Shown: positions 1 to 13,949 of the stretch, one piece after another
Numbering within the stretch: the first letter of the stretch is position 1
How the letters are laid out: the number at the start of each line of letters is the position of its first letter
Source of the DNA: Lama glama
Taxonomy: Eukaryota
Direction of reading: 5' to 3'
Assembly: GCA_028534125.1 (NCBI GenBank)
Contig: CM052817.1
Span: 33,668,001-33,732,000, forward strand
DNA length: 64,000 nucleotides
The notes under the pieces: generated by a model
The model's database searches: none
Told to the model about the DNA's origin: nothing
The model's input: only the letters and a program-made list of their open reading frames with translations
Program-made: the position numbers and the translations under genes

Positions 1-3000
1 CCTAAAACTATCCTAAAAAGTTATGTCTATTAACTAAAAACAACAACAAAGATGATATGACCCAAAGTGGCCAGTTTTCATCATAAAGGAGAACTCTGTC
101 TTCTGCTACATCTCATTTCTGTACTGGTTACCTGAGGGCTCTTGGCTATGAGGTGCCCAGTAAAGACTGTCGAGTGAATACGTTCACCAAGGTGTAGGCA
201 ATAAAACTCTACCCTCATGTCTTTATGCTCTATTTAAACAGATAAATCTTGACCAAATGCAGACCACTGTAATAACAGTTAATATGTGTGGACCATCCAA
301 TGTCTGCCAGGCATTTTTCTAGACCCTTAATATGCTGTAATTCATTCTGTCCTCAGAGCAACCCTGTGAAATAGTTACGTGTTTTACAGGTGAGGAAACT
401 TGACCACGGAGAGGACCAATAAGTGATAGAATCGGGTTTTGAACCCAGAAAGTCTAGCTCAGGAGGCCACGCTCTTTTGACAATTCTGCTAAAATAGGAG
501 CTGTGGGAATAAGGACATGTAGCAGCAGGGACCTTTTATTCTTATAGATACCTGTTCCTTAGCAATGGGCCTGGCACATGGTAAACAATGTAGAAACTAT
601 GTTTGTTGAGTGAATGAATAAATGAATGAAAAAATGAGTGAGTGATGAATGAATGAAAACCATAGTAACGTGAAGAGAATGGAAATCTGAGAATGGGATG
701 TGATTCCGTGTGCCTGTTATTTTTGCTTGGGATTAATTCGCAGACCTTCTCCGCTGGGATCCTGGCTGACATACACTTGTGGGGTTGACTGGATTATATA
801 ATTGCTGTTTTCTGTCTCTGACTACTGTGATTATGACTCAAGTAGTGGATACATTTACAGTGCTATGTAAATAATAATTATTTTAATTATGGTTTGACCT
901 GTACGATATATTCTGAAAACATGGCTGACTGTGCATTTGTGTATATGCACTCTTGAGAGTGGTGGAAAAAATCTCCTATTATGAAAGTACAAAGGAATCT
1001 CCCCTCTATGCATGTGGTAATTTTAGAATTATAACACAGAGAAGTACAATACCACTGTAATTATAGCAAGTCTGCAGAAAGAAATGGCTTTGAAATAGTA
1101 TATAATCTACGTGTATTGCATTTTGATAATATAAAGTTTGATTTTATTGGCAATATTTTATTTTTGATGCCAGGAAAAACTAGTAATGGCAATTTTTCAG
1201 GCTCTCTATAATAGTATGAAAGTACCTTGTAGATTAAAGTGCAATTTAAGCAGCATAGTTTGTGTACGGTGCTTAGCCAAGTGCCTGGCATGTAGTAAGT
1301 GCACAGTAAGTACTAGGTATGGTGACAGCATATAGTCTAAGTAAGTGTTTGATGCAAACGATGTGCTGTATGCATTTTTAAAATGATCTTCACAAAGAAC
1401 TCAAATTTGATCCACATGGCACCTAGGAGATCTTTATCAATGACAGTGACATTATTTTTTGCACTTGAAATGCACAAGGGACCATCTTAGACATTGGAGG
1501 GGGTGGAGAATGGTTGGGGCCCAGGGGCAGGACCCAAAGGTGCACAGCAAAGTACCTGCTTCTGGAGAATGTACAATGACATGAAAGAGACAAGACACTC
1601 ATGGACAGTCATAGAGCTCTCAGTACTTAACGACGTGCCAGGCGCAGTTCTAAGTGCTTTGCTCATGCTGCCCCATCAAATCTTCACACAGATGAGGAAA
1701 TGGAGGCACAGGAAAGGTAAGTGAGGTGTCACAGATAGCAAGCAGCAGATTCCAGTCTAGGCTGTCTGATCCAGAGTCCGCTCTCCTCACCTGACATTAA
1801 AGTGCCCTCCCCCTTAAGGGTATGCAAATAGCAGTAATACCAGAATAACCTTCAGGGACGGGTGAGAAAACCCACTGTGGGAACATTCTAGCCAAGCAAT
1901 TGGGAAGACTTCTCCAAGGATGGGAATTTGAGTTGAATTTTGGAAGATTTGGGGAACAGAATATCAAGTAAGAGAGAACAGCTTCCTGGAGACTGACACA
2001 CACCCTCCCACACACCCCCATTCTGGGGTAAGCTCCTCCTCTGAGCTCCTCTATCAACTCTGCTGTAACCCGAAGTACCTTTTACATCACTGCCTGTTTA
2101 GCTGTCATTCCCCTTGTTAAATATAAGCTCTTTGAGGACAGAGATCTGCCTGCCTGGACATTCTCTGTATTCTATGCACCTAGGAGACCCTCAAGGGTTT
2201 ACTGATATGATCTCCCACCAAATTGTTTTTTCCTGAAATTAGCTATTTAACACAACAAGATGACTACATTTAATTTAAAATACCATATGCCCTACAGAAA
2301 TGCCTGTTTATATAGTGTGAAGATATGTTGAACATGCAGCTCATTATTTGAAACATACTTTCATGGCTAAATCAGTAGGATTACTGGAGCCAAAGTAAAC
2401 CTTTTAAATGTACATGCCATGAAGGATGAATGCCTTCCAATTATCTGGAAAGTTAATTTTAAACGAAAATGACAATAAAGCCTGCTCTTGTTCTCATTTG
2501 AATACTCTGTACTTTCCGTTCTCCTCACATCCAGAGGGTGCTTAGCCTCTCCGGTCCAGCAGGAAACTTACAACAGTGGTTGTCAGATGGATGCTATTAG
2601 ATGAAGTAGACAATAGAGGGAAATCAGGTGAGCACAAGAGAGGCTGAACATATTTAAGACATGCACAAAATTACCAACTTATCATCATTATTGTATTCTC
2701 AAAATTCTTGCCAGGAACACTAATTTTTGCATTATCAAATTCTGTCCCCGTTGTTACTGAAATGTTAGAATATTTGAAGCATGTTCTTTCTTACACCAAA
2801 GTTACTGAGCCAGCTGACCCCTAACGCCTACACCACTCCCCAGGAATTATGTAAGCCCTTGAGAAAAGGGTGTTCCCTCTTGGAAGACATTAGGATGCTT
2901 CTTGCGGGTATGGAGGGTTATTTGATTCTTTAAAATATTTCATTTCCTGGAATACCCACACCTTCCCCCAGGGACTAAGACATTTTACCTCTCTTTAGGT

Positions 3001-3194
3001 AAACTCTGTCTTTTTCTGGCAACTCCTCACTCCTGGGCAAGCTTTGGGCTGCTTGCCTAAATGTTGTCATTCATCCGTCAAGCCCACTTCTGGTCATGTT
3101 TTTTCCGTACACCTGCTTCCTTCAGTGGATGTCAAAACTCCACACTCAAAGATGATATTAAACACTACTTAACTCATAGTCTGAAATAGGCTGG

Positions 3195-4680
3195 AGTCAT
3201 TCACTTGTTCTTTTGATAAACATTCGGTGAGTGTCCTGTCTGCCAGGCACAGGGGCTAGAGTAGTTTATGAAGCAGACGAGCTCCCAGTTTTCATAAACT
3301 TTACAGTCTAATGGGAAAGACAGAGAGAGAGGGGAAAAAAGGAAACACATGTGTAACAACAAACTGCTTTAAGCACTGTGTGATTAGCTCTGTGAAGGGA
3401 AGAATACGAGAGAGGGGTCGGGGACTCACTAAAGACAAGGACAGACTTTAAATCTGAGATTTAGAGGGCTGTCAGGAAGAGTTGGGAAGAAGGTGGGATA
3501 GAGTGAGGTTTTGCAGGCTTAGAGAGAGCGGTATGCAGGTCCAGAGTGGGAAACAGCTTGATAAATTTTAAGAAGGAAAAGACTAGTGTAGAAAAAGAGA
3601 AAGAGTGATATACAGTGACACTGGAGGGGTTCGTGGGGTCATATTTATGAGTCTGGGTTTTGTTTTAAATTCAATGAGAAGACTCTTAAGTGGGAAGGGA
3701 AACTGGTCAGATTTATGAAAGAGCACACTACCCATGAAAATGGCTCAAATTAAACAAACATAAACATCAAGTGCTGGCAAGAATACAAAGCAAATGGAAT
3801 ACTCACACCTTGCTAGTGAGAACATAAATTGGTACAACTACTTGGGAAATTGGCAGTATCTACTAAAACCTGCACACCCAACAGAAATGCACAGAAATGC
3901 ACACGTGGAGTCAGGCATGAGAATGTTTACAGCAGTATCACCCTTGATGCCTAAAAACTGGGAACTGTTCAAGTATCCATCAACAGTAGAACGAGTAAAT
4001 AAATTGTGGCAAATTCACAAAACGGAACGCGTCCCAGAAATGAGCATAAACAAATTACAACTGCAAGCAACATGGATGAATATCATTAACAAAATCTTGA
4101 GTGAAAGGAACCAGAAACAGAATATGTGTATGATTCTCTTTATCTGAAGTTTTAAAGCCACCTGTGATGTTGGAAATTAGGACATGGGTACATTTGGAAG
4201 GCAGGCAGCATGGAAAAGGGTGTGAAGGGGTTACTGAGATACTGATCACGAATGTGTTCGTTTTATGTAAAATCACTGAGTTATATAGTATGGCTTGTGT
4301 TCTTTTTGTATGTATGTTATATTTCAACAACATATATATTTCATTTGCATAAAAATTAAGAATTTACATTTTAAAAGGAGCATGCTGACCGCTGTGCAGG
4401 GGATGAATTGACAGTAGGCATGAGCAGATGCAGAGAAGCAACTGGAGGGTGCTTCCTAGTGAGAGGACTCTCTTGGGACCAGGTGGACAGAATGGAGATT
4501 GAGAGGAAAGAACAGATTTGAGATACTCTTAGAAGGTAAAAATCAATAAAACTTGCTAATGGCCTGAATATGGGGATAAGGGAGAAGAAAGAAGAAAATG
4601 AACTGCTAGATTTGGGACCTGGGCAACTGAGGGCTGGCTGGCTGGTGTCATTGCCTGAGATGGGAAGACTAGGGGAGAAT
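3195..4680 (-). mobile_element. Ancient L2 LINE relic interrupted by an L1
   Basis: TCATTCAC...AAACATTCGGTGAGTGTCC...TGCCAGGCAC is the reverse complement of the L2 3' end; L2-like sequence resumes after 4375. Confidence 0.6.
3728..4372 (+). mobile_element. Old L1M (L1MC/ME-type) ORF2 end and 3'UTR nested in the L2
   Basis: AAAATGGCTCAAATT...GCTGGCAAG...AACATGGATGAAT...; ORF 3794-4147 (YPSTVERVNKLWQIH...ATWMN) resembles a decayed L1 ORF2 C-terminus; possible TSD AAAGAGCACACT/AAGGAGCATGCT. Confidence 0.7.
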
Positions 4681-4702
4681 CAAGATTGTGTGAAAATCTT
4701 AA

Positions 4703-4942
4703 GTTTTTTTTTAATTGCAGTATAGTCAGTTTACAATGTTGTGTCGATTTCTGGACTACAGCATAATGTTTCAGTCATATAAATACATGTGTATTCCTTT
4801 TCATATTCTTTTTCATTATAGGTTACTACAAGATATTGAATATAGTTGCCTGTGCTATATAGCATAAACTTGTTTATCTATTTTATATGTAGTAGTTAGT
4901 ATCTGCAAATCTTGAATTCCCTTTTTATCCCTTCCCACCCCG
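4703..4942 (-). mobile_element. 5'-truncated lineage L1 3' end
   Basis: Poly-T then GTATAGTCAGTTTACAATGTTGTGTC...TGTGCTATA; imperfect TSD AAAATCTTAAGTTT/AAAATCTATAGTTT. Confidence 0.75.
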
Positions 4943-5670
4943 TAAAATCTATAGTTTGTGAATGAAGACTTCCCACCACCTCTACTGATGCAGGGCTGAT
5001 ACCCAGGGAAATGGAGAAGGTCAAAATGATTCAGAACACTTGGAGCCTTGCCAGTCCTGAACTCTCTGGACGGAAAAAGGAGGACCATTCCTACTCAGAA
5101 TGACATACTCTCTTCCTGGGAGTCCACCGTCTATCAAATTTCTTCGATCCCTGTAGCTCTGGATCTAAAAAACTCCTGCCACCAGGAAGGTGGCAAGGAT
5201 TTTATCAGTATTACTCTCTTAGCCAGAAAGTAGAAAATTCTCATCTCTTTCCTTAAGGTCATAGAAAGTTGAAATTAAGACTTTTACTTGGAAAGAAAGG
5301 AAAGGAACCCAAATACCCACCAGAGGACATGAGGGAAGAAAAAGTGAAAAAGAGTGTTTTCTGAGTTGTCCAGGTTCAACCCAAACAATGGATGTTGAAA
5401 GAGCTGCAGAGCTAGGGTGGCTGGGTGCAGGCTAGGTGTCCAGGCAAGGCTGGGAAGCGCAACAGGCTTTATAGGTGATGCCAAGGATTCTGGAACTTGG
5501 TCTTATTGTACTGAGGACTACTGAAAGGCTTTGAGTAGCGCAGTCCGATTTGCATTTTAGATGGCTGTGTAGGGCAGCAGATAAGCTAGCATATTCAGAA
5601 ACACTTTCAGAAGGTGTAAAATGGCATGGCAGTTTGGGGTCATTTACAATGGATTGGAAAAACAGAAATT

Positions 5671-5762
5671 AAAGAAAAGTGACATGACAGTGTAGCTGAA
5701 TAGACTTCAATTTAAAAAATTAAATAGAGAATCTATTTTTAAAAAAAGAAAAGAAAAGTGAC
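5671..5762 (+). mobile_element. Very short L1-type 3' insertion with perfect 13-bp TSD
   Basis: AAAGAAAAGTGAC at 5671-5683 and 5750-5762, preceded by TT|AAAG endonuclease site; insert has an A-rich tail. Confidence 0.6.
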
Positions 5763-6923
5763 CCATCTTTCCAGTGGTTTGTCGGGATTTTGAAAGTTCA
5801 AAATAACTATAACATTTATTTTTCATCCACCCTTCGGGTAATAATGTAGACTCAGGGCATTTGTCTTCTGGATGGTATACGTGATGGTGCTATAAGGGTG
5901 AGCCATTTGTCTCACAGCATTACAATGAAACTTGCAATGGTCACGGGAGGGCTGTGCATTTTAACCGGTCATCTGGGCAGGTCACTGCGTTCAGAGACCA
6001 GCAGCACCCATCAGAAAAGCTCTTCTCTCTTCCAGGTGGAGTGGCGGCAGGGAATTCTTGAGCGGCCAATTCTGCTTTCTCAAGTGTTATTGGAGGCTTA
6101 AAGGAAAGCAAACAGCACTCAGGTAGATAAGATAACCGCTACTTGAAGCGTGAGCCTGCAGTTTTAAATTGTCTTTTATTGGGAAATACAGTCAATCTCA
6201 TTTAAAGGCCAGGACAAAAGTGAAATATTCAAGCACCTAGCAATAGACAATTCACTTATTACGTATACAGAATTGATATGAATTTCTGCCTGCAGTAAGA
6301 GGCTCGTTTAATAGGCTAGGTATTAGGTTAAACTGTATTAATTCCTGATATCCAGTTGTTTTTGTACCTAGAGAAACAGCAGTTACAAATGCCAGAGTTG
6401 TCAAATCTAATCCCGATTCTGGCAAATTCAGGTGACCCACAGGAATCTTCGAAGGAATTTATATTAGCCATTCCTTACTTTTTGCGTGTGTGATAGTCTG
6501 GTGTGTATTTGATTATCCAAGGAGTGTTGAAATATATCTTAAAAACAGATTCACTTTCATGCATTTTACAAATAAAATCATGCCATTGCACCTTTATTTA
6601 GTAGAAGATGGGTTAGTAGTAGAGAATGAAATTCAAATATTGGAAGTCATCACAATCATATCTGAGTTCAACCAGAATGGAATAGGTATTGGATCTGAAT
6701 GATCACGATTCTTCTTAAAGATGTGTGCATGTGTCAGTCAAGTATTTGTGTCTGTGGTAACATGACTTAACCATCAAAACGTGAGTCTATCAGCTGGATA
6801 TATCACTTTGGTTCAATTGACCTTAACACTCCTAAGTTACATAAGGGAGCTAACCCACAGTCACGATATCAGGTTTTTCACAGGGCTGCCATGGAAAATT
6901 ATTTGATAAGAAATATTGGCTGG

Positions 6924-7095
6924 TACAAACTATTACGTACAGAATAAACAACGAGGTCCTACTGTATAGCACAGGGAACTATATTCAAAGGCTTATAGTA
7001 ATGTGTAATGAAAAAGAATATGTGTATATATACGTATAACTGAATCACTATGCTATACACTAGAAACTAACGCAATATTGTAAAACAATTTTTTT
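6924..7095 (+). mobile_element. L1 3'UTR fragment
   Basis: ATAAACAACGAGGTCCTACTGTATAGCACAGGGAACTATATTCAA...AACTGAATCACTATGCT, typical cetartiodactyl L1 tail. Confidence 0.75.
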
Positions 7096-9692
7096 AAGTT
7101 TTTCCCTGATGTCTTCCAATTTTAGAGTACCATCTTCCTGGGAGAGCCTTGGAAAGTTAAATCTTTTGGCTTCTCGATGCAGGAGAATTTTGTCAAAAAT
7201 TTACTGTTCTTGCGGTAATAAATGCAGATCTTACTAGGACATTCCTCACCAGCAGCTAGTTTTTGTTTCAGTGTTTACGAATTTCAGCGACAGATGCAGA
7301 CCGAGCTTTATGAGGCACTGATTTTTGTTAGAGGAGCTCATTTTGGGCATTTCAAATTTGAGTTGAACTTATGTTCAGGTCTTGAGTTGTCTCTTTGAAG
7401 TTCCTGGGGGTCTGCTGGATTTCAGTCTGCTCTAATGTTGGCCACAAAGTCAGGGGCTCTTAGCCCCTACTTCTGATGGGGTGCATCCCCGACACCTGGA
7501 TGCCTTTGCTGAAGCTCTTCCCTCTACCACGGACACGTCTCTCACCTTTCTTCCCTGCTTATTTCTACTCACTCTTCAAATCTTAGCACACAGCTCCAGG
7601 AAGGCTTCCCCAATCTCTGAGGTTTGGCAAAGTGCCTCGATTCCGTGCATTCACGGCCTTACATCCGTACCTCGGTGTTATCACTGAACTTTACACGGAA
7701 ATTACCTGTCGACCTAGCACAGAGCCTGACATTTGGTTGGGGATGCAAACTGTCCTTTCAATTACTTCTTGCGCCTTCCTCCCCTCCCTGTTGTACTGAT
7801 GCGTAAAACTTAGTATTTCAAGGATGACTCCAGACAGGGTCAGACCTGCCAGTGGAACCTCAGCTTGCTGAGGGCTGGACTGGAACTGAACCGCTTTCTA
7901 GGGGTGACTGGGGAGTCTTGGGGAAGGGAGAGGCCCTGGCTTCTTTCCAGAACACTGGGGAACACTTGGCTTGGTTTCAGGCACTAATTGTGGACGCACC
8001 CAGAGCGGGCTGAGATTCTGAGCTGGCCTCTTGCGCCCTCTGGTGGTTTCAAATCACAGCTGAGCAGAGATCGAGCTCATCGAACTGGCTGGGTTTTGGC
8101 CAAGCAGAAATCAGCATTAACCATTTAGGCTTCTACCACACAGTGAAGTAATTTCATAAATACGTTTAGGGAGCAATAAAATAATTAACCAAATGCACAC
8201 AGTAAGGAACTTGGGACCTCTCATGGGATCCCTGTAGGGCCTTGGGTCCTTTATTTTGTAGCGCACAATCTAACAGTCTGTATCTACCCAGTGGATAATT
8301 GAAAATGTGCCTTAATCAAAGGCAATCACTCTGTCATTGTCAGCCTGTGAAACATTAGCTCTGGGAGCTGGATGACAGTATACGTTTCTCTATCTCCCCA
8401 GGACAACTCCACCCCCCAGATGACCAAGAAACCAGCTTTGCGCCTGTCACAAGAGTCTCGATTATATTCAAATTTCATGATAACCAACCCCAGGGGGAAC
8501 AAATTGTCTCTTCTGAGCTAGGACAGTTCCTTAGTTGAGGGTGTCCGATCATTCTGTGCTTCCGTCTCAGAAGCACATAAGCGTTCCTTTGGGGGCACTG
8601 AAAACTGTCATTTCCAGAAACAGGAGGGTGTGCTTTGCTACCTTTGTAACCACCCAAAGCATATACCTCTTGTGGGACCTATCTTTCCGAATGACTTAAA
8701 ATAAGAGCAGAACATAGCTACTTTCATCAGACTTGCCTGCAGCTTTAAATATCACTTTCCCAGGGAAGGGCCTTTGAGGCACTGGACCAGCTGAGGCCTG
8801 GGAGGCCGGCCTCCCGCAGCACCAGATGACTGCAGAGCCCTCGTCACGCCTGCCTTTTAATCAGGGCCTGGTCTGCTCTCGGCCTGTCTCCCCACACCCT
8901 CAGTGCAGAGATCTCGTTTGTGTCTCCAGCACAGCATCCCGTGTCTCGCACGGTGCCTGGCACACGTGGTGCTGAGTAAACTCCTGTGCCCTGACTCACA
9001 CGATTCAGTGGGCTGAGTGCTGAGGGGACAGGCCACAGAAGGAAGCTGATTTTGATTCCTATTTTAGGGCTCTGAGGGATGCTTTCACTCAAATGATGAG
9101 CAGAAAAATTATCTGATTAAAGACTCAATGACAGCTGGGTTGGAGGCTGAGCTGGGCACCCAGATGCCTTTGGACATCTGTAGCCACCTGAGGGCAGGGA
9201 GAGGACAAACTCTTTCAGAGTTTCGCTCATTAAATGCTTGAATCAATCAGAAACCTTCATCTCCTTGCTTCCTGGGGCTGCATCTCTCTGCCAAGAGCCT
9301 GGTGGAAGTTGGCCTAAAGTCTGTGGATGGTTTATCTGCAGGATTGTTCTGTGACCTCAACATGTGGGCATGAAGTTGACCTTTCTGAAGGCATATTACT
9401 TTTTTTTGAAGGCTTATTTTTAAAGCACTAAAAATCAAATGAGGATGTAAAGATTTTGAGGATCTGGGATGCAGTAAAGGCAGAAGGCCAGAAGCGTGCT
9501 GACTGTAAGAATATAATGCAGGGTAAGAACAAGGTTATAATGAAGAATGAAAATACGAGACCAGGAGAAGGGATATAAAAAGAGAGCTAATGTGGACTTT
9601 CTTTTGTCTCCTTCAAGTTTCCTTTTGTGTCACTGACTATCCAAAGACAAATTAAGTTGAACAAGCAGTGTGTCTGAGTGAGTGTTGTAAAA

Positions 9693-9693
9693 T

Positions 9694-9724
<31 letters not shown>

Positions 9725-9727
9725 CAC
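9693..9727. repeat. (CA)n microsatellite
   Basis: Direct read. Confidence 0.9.
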
Positions 9728-9914
9728 TTAGAATCCCACAGGATCATCGTAAACGTGAGCCCATGGGCAGGGAGACATCCCGTCTTGGTAGTCTTAATGG
9801 GGATGTTGTGCAGCTGTGTATGTGTTCTCAGCCCTTCTCTCCCCAGATGCTTTTCAGTTTTGAGTAAGCATGGTTGTGTTTGTGGTTAGAGCGAGCCAAC
9901 CCTTTCTGACTTCA

Positions 9915-10370
9915 TCTGTTAGGATCAAGCTTGGCTGCAAGTAACAGAAAAATTCAAAATAAGAGGCTTAACAAGATAGGGTTTTATTTCTTTTTCAAGA
10001 AGACAATAGGTAGTTTATCAGGGGCTGTTTGGAGCTTCACCGGTCAGGGACCTTCCGTCTTATCGCACAGTGTGTAGTTTCCATTTTCAAGGTTGTCTTA
10101 TCATCTAAGGTGGTGGCAGAAGCCCGTCAGGCCCCTGCATTCCATCCAGCAAAAAGACTGGATTGAGTAGGATGTGCCCTGTATTATTAAGGACACTTCT
10201 TGGCAGTTGCCCCTGCAACTTCTGCTTACATCCTGTTGGCCAGAACTTTTCTTCATGACTACAGCTACTTGCAAGAGAGACTATGAAAGGAAGATTTTGC
10301 CAGGAGGCAAAAAAACCTAGAGGCTCAATTACCAAGTGAGAAGGGAGAATGATCACTGGAGGACAATATG
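9915..10370. mobile_element. MLT1 (ERVL-MaLR) solo LTR, old subfamily
   Basis: TTGGCTGCAAGTAACAGAAA...GGCTTAACAAGATAGG and CTTACATCCTGTTGGCCAGAAC motifs; subfamily not resolved. Confidence 0.55.
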
Positions 10371-10375
10371 CAATC

Positions 10376-10520
10376 TTTTTTTTTTTTTAAGGTGGCTATT
10401 TTTATTGATTTATTTATTTTCAAATTATTCTTTTTTCTTTCTTTTTGGTTTTGAATTATAGTCGGTTTACAATGTTGTGTTAATTTCTGGTGTACAGCAT
10501 AGTGATTGAGGTATACATAC
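10376..10520 (-). mobile_element. Short L1 3' end
   Basis: Poly-T then TATAGTCGGTTTACAATGTTGTGTTAATTTCTGGTGTACAGCATAGTGATT; TSD-like ATGCAATCTT/ATGAAATCTT. Confidence 0.7.
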
Positions 10521-10989
10521 ATGAAATCTTTGTCCCTGGACTCATACATAATTTTCTGTAAAATTGACTGAAAGTGAGTCCTGCCTCAGTCCCTCCAGGG
10601 CTTAGCAAGGGCCGGAAGCTGGGGGGTACAGAGCTAGTGCTGAGTATCCTTGGGACCAGAATCTGGAGTCAGCCCATCTTGGGTCTTTGGGTGATCTGAA
10701 ATCCAAGAGTGAATGCAAATTTGTATTTAATAGTATGAATAAGGGAAAAAAGAATCTAGTATTGCTAGTCATCTAAAAAAGCTCTCATGTTTTCACAGAA
10801 TGTTTGTAATCTCTCATAAATACAAAATCACCAGGTATGTCTGGCCACAATTATTAGATGGTAAGGGCAGGCAACTCTTTAAATCCAACTGATGCCAACT
10901 GTGTGGATTCAGAGACAATAGCTGCACATTCAGGAGATAAAGATTCCGAGCTGTTTCTCAGCATCTTCTCTGCACATCGGGAAATGCTC

Positions 10990-11880
10990 GGGACACTCAA
11001 GATTCTCGCTGAATTTTCTCCTCATTTTAATCCTTCCTTTCTTGAGTTTTTTCAAATGTATCATGCTGAAGAGTAAACTCATCATTTTCCTTCCCAAATT
11101 TGTGTTCTTTTTGTCCCCCAACTGAGTCAACAGCACCAGCTATGACCTAAGTCAGGGACTGCACTTTCCCTCACAGCTCACAGTCCACATTTGACTTCCC
11201 TCTGTCTGATTCACTTTCTCCAAAACCCCTGCCCTCGGCCCTGGGGCCAGGGAAGCATCGCTCTTGCTAGGTTACTTGCTAGCTTCCCTGCCTCCTGGCA
11301 TCGTCCAGGCTAATCTTGCCTGAATTTCATCCCTCCTCCAGTCCTGCCCCTCCTTAAATCAATTCGAGGACTTCCAGAGAATGAAGTCCAGACTCTCAGC
11401 GTGGCCTGTCTTCTCATTTTCAGTTGTTTTCTCTGATCCTTCCTGGCTCCTTCTGCCTTCCTGCCTGGGGTCCATCTTTTGAGAGAGCCTGGGACATTGA
11501 GGGGTAATAGCTGGGAACCAAGCGGGATCTGGACTTTCACAAGTGCCAGTCATTCCAAACCTCTTTCGGTTCTGACAGCCTCATGCTCTCTCACCGCCAA
11601 GCCGGTGCACGTGAGCTAGATTCTGTTCCTCTTAGGTTCACAGAGATGTCCCTTCCCTCTAAGAAGCCCGCTCCGACCTCCAGGCTGACTCCTCCTATGT
11701 GCTCTGCCATCACCGTGCACCCCTAACACTGGCTTACTGCACCATATTGCAGCTTTGTGTCTAATTGATTGTTGGCTCAACTAGTCTATGAACTCTATGC
11801 AGGCAGGGCTGAATCCTTAGCGCTTGGCACAGAGTCATAGGCATTTTAGGCTCAGTATTTATTATGTTGAATTGGATAAA
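10990..11880 (+). mobile_element. L2 relic hosting the 118-bp duplicated segment
   Basis: AACTCATCATTTTCC, AGAATGAAGTCCAGACTCTCAGCGTGGCCT, and 3' end GGCACAGAG...TATTTATTATGTTGAATTGGATAAA. Confidence 0.55.
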
Positions 11881-12647
11881 GACAAGCTTCTCCCAGGCCA
11901 GCCTGGAGATCCCAGTTGCACACATTCTGGAGAATTTGGGGAGATTCTGTGACCCCTGATTCAAGACTTTGCCTAGTCTGCCTCCTCGAGCTGTCTTCAT
12001 AACAGTCTCATGAAGAAATGAGTGTTCCAGTGCAGCTCTCTCAACACTGCGCCGTGAGACTCTCATGGGGGACACTGGTGGCTGGACAAGAGGAGTCTAG
12101 CAAACTCCCTGAAGGCAAGGACCATATCCATTCTGTTTCCTACTGTAACCCTGATGCGTAATATAGAGCCAGACACAAGGCAGACGATCAATGACTGCTT
12201 CTTGAATCAGTGAATCACTCTCCAAAGCGGAGAAGAAACTCTGATGGGCACATGTCTTCAGTTTTTGATGAGCTGAAAAATGGAAAAAGAAACTCTTCCA
12301 AAGTCAAGGCTGGGGGAAGTCTGGTGGGGGAGGGTGGCTATGTGTGAGATGCATGCATGGGACACCTTGCCCTGCCAAGTGCCTCCTCTCAAAGTCTGGG
12401 GGTCTCGTGCATAAGCCTGCAAGACACATCCAAGTCTCCCTCACTGAGCCTCACCCCAAGTTCCTCGACTGAGGCCTCAGCTCCCCTTTCTCCTTGTTTC
12501 TTACAGACCCTCTAGTTGGTGATGCCAGACCTGTCTTCTCATTTTCAGTTGTTTTCTCTGATCCTTCCTGGCTCCTTCTGCCTTCCTGCCTGGGGTCCAT
12601 CTTTTGAGAGAGCCTGGGACATTGGGGAGTAATAGCTGGGAACCAAG
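11405..12647 (+). repeat. 118-bp direct repeat, copies 11405-11522 and 12530-12647
   Basis: Direct comparison: 116/118 identical (CATTGAGGGGT vs CATTGGGGAGT). Confidence 0.95.
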
Positions 12648-13949
12648 ATGCCCTGTCCCACCCTTCATTGAGAATATGAAATAAAAAACTAGACTGGCCT
12701 CCACCCAGCTCTTAAGACCAATCCAAGGGAAGCAGGAAACTGGAGATGAGCGTGATTGGCTAAGTCTATGGCAAAGTCCGAAGAAAGAAGAGAAAGATAA
12801 AATGTATTGAGTACCTTCCCGGGCTTCTTATACATCATCTCATTTAATCTTCACAACTACCTATGAAGGGATGTAGTGCAGGCATTATGCCCATTCGCAC
12901 AGATGTGGAGACTGGGGCTCAGAGACATGACCTGTCTTGACTGGATCATACTGTCAACTGAAACCAGGTCATGGTCAGGCAAATCCTGGCACTGCTACAT
13001 GCAAATTGCTTAACCCCTCTGACTTTGCTTGCACATCTATTAAATTGGGGTAATCATGCACAACCCACAGGGTTGTCTTGGGGATTAAATAACAATATCC
13101 TGATTAAATAATGTGGCTCATATTCAAACTTATGTACTATAATTAATGTAGTTGTGGAACCCTGATTCTACTGGCTTTATACTTTACAAGGTTTCTGCTG
13201 GAAGTTTTTTGTTTTTTGCATCACAGGGCCTTGCTGTACTCCTGTACTCCTGAGACTTCCAGAGGACAAGGCCCTTTCTTCAGTCATGCTGACCTAAACA
13301 GAGCCAGCCCTCCTTCCCCTCCCAGGCCACAGCTGTGTGTTGGAGAGCTGGATGCAGAGGCCCCTAATAAAGAGCAGACCTCCCAATCGCCTGGTTCCCT
13401 CCCCCTCCCCTCATGTGGGTTTTCAAATTAAAAGTAACTAAAAGCTAAGCCCCAAAGAGAAGAAGAGGGGAGTAGGAGGCGCAAAAACCTCCCCAGACTG
13501 AGGGAGCAGGGCTCTCTCCCTAGGAAAAGGTATCCTCCAATCCAGATCCAGAGGTGCCCCAGTCATCCCCCATCTTTCCCAGCTCTGCAGAGCATGGTCT
13601 TCCCTGGGCTGGGCTGGCAGGAGACCCAGCTCACAGTCTCTGGTCCTCAGGTCAGCACGCAGGCTGAGGTGTTAGGAACCCTAGGAGAGGGTTCTTCTGG
13701 TCTCAGCTACAGGAAACTGCTTTCTACTACTCTGGAGACAAACCCCTGGAGAGCCCCAAGGAATCCAGAAGAGACCCTACAGCCTTAGCCAGCCAGCAAC
13801 GGAGAAGTGGTGTTCCAGAAGTCCATGAGGGGGTACCTGTCACCCCAAGTTCCACAGGCCAGTCTGGACCCTTTTGGAGAACTCTTTCTTTTTCTAAGAC
13901 GTATTCCCTCTGTATTCTGAGCGTGCAGAGGCTGGGAGCAAGCTTCCAA

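Noticed and set aside
3794..4147. 117-aa ORF upstream of the gene
   Set aside because: Decayed L1 ORF2 C-terminal remnant, not a host gene.
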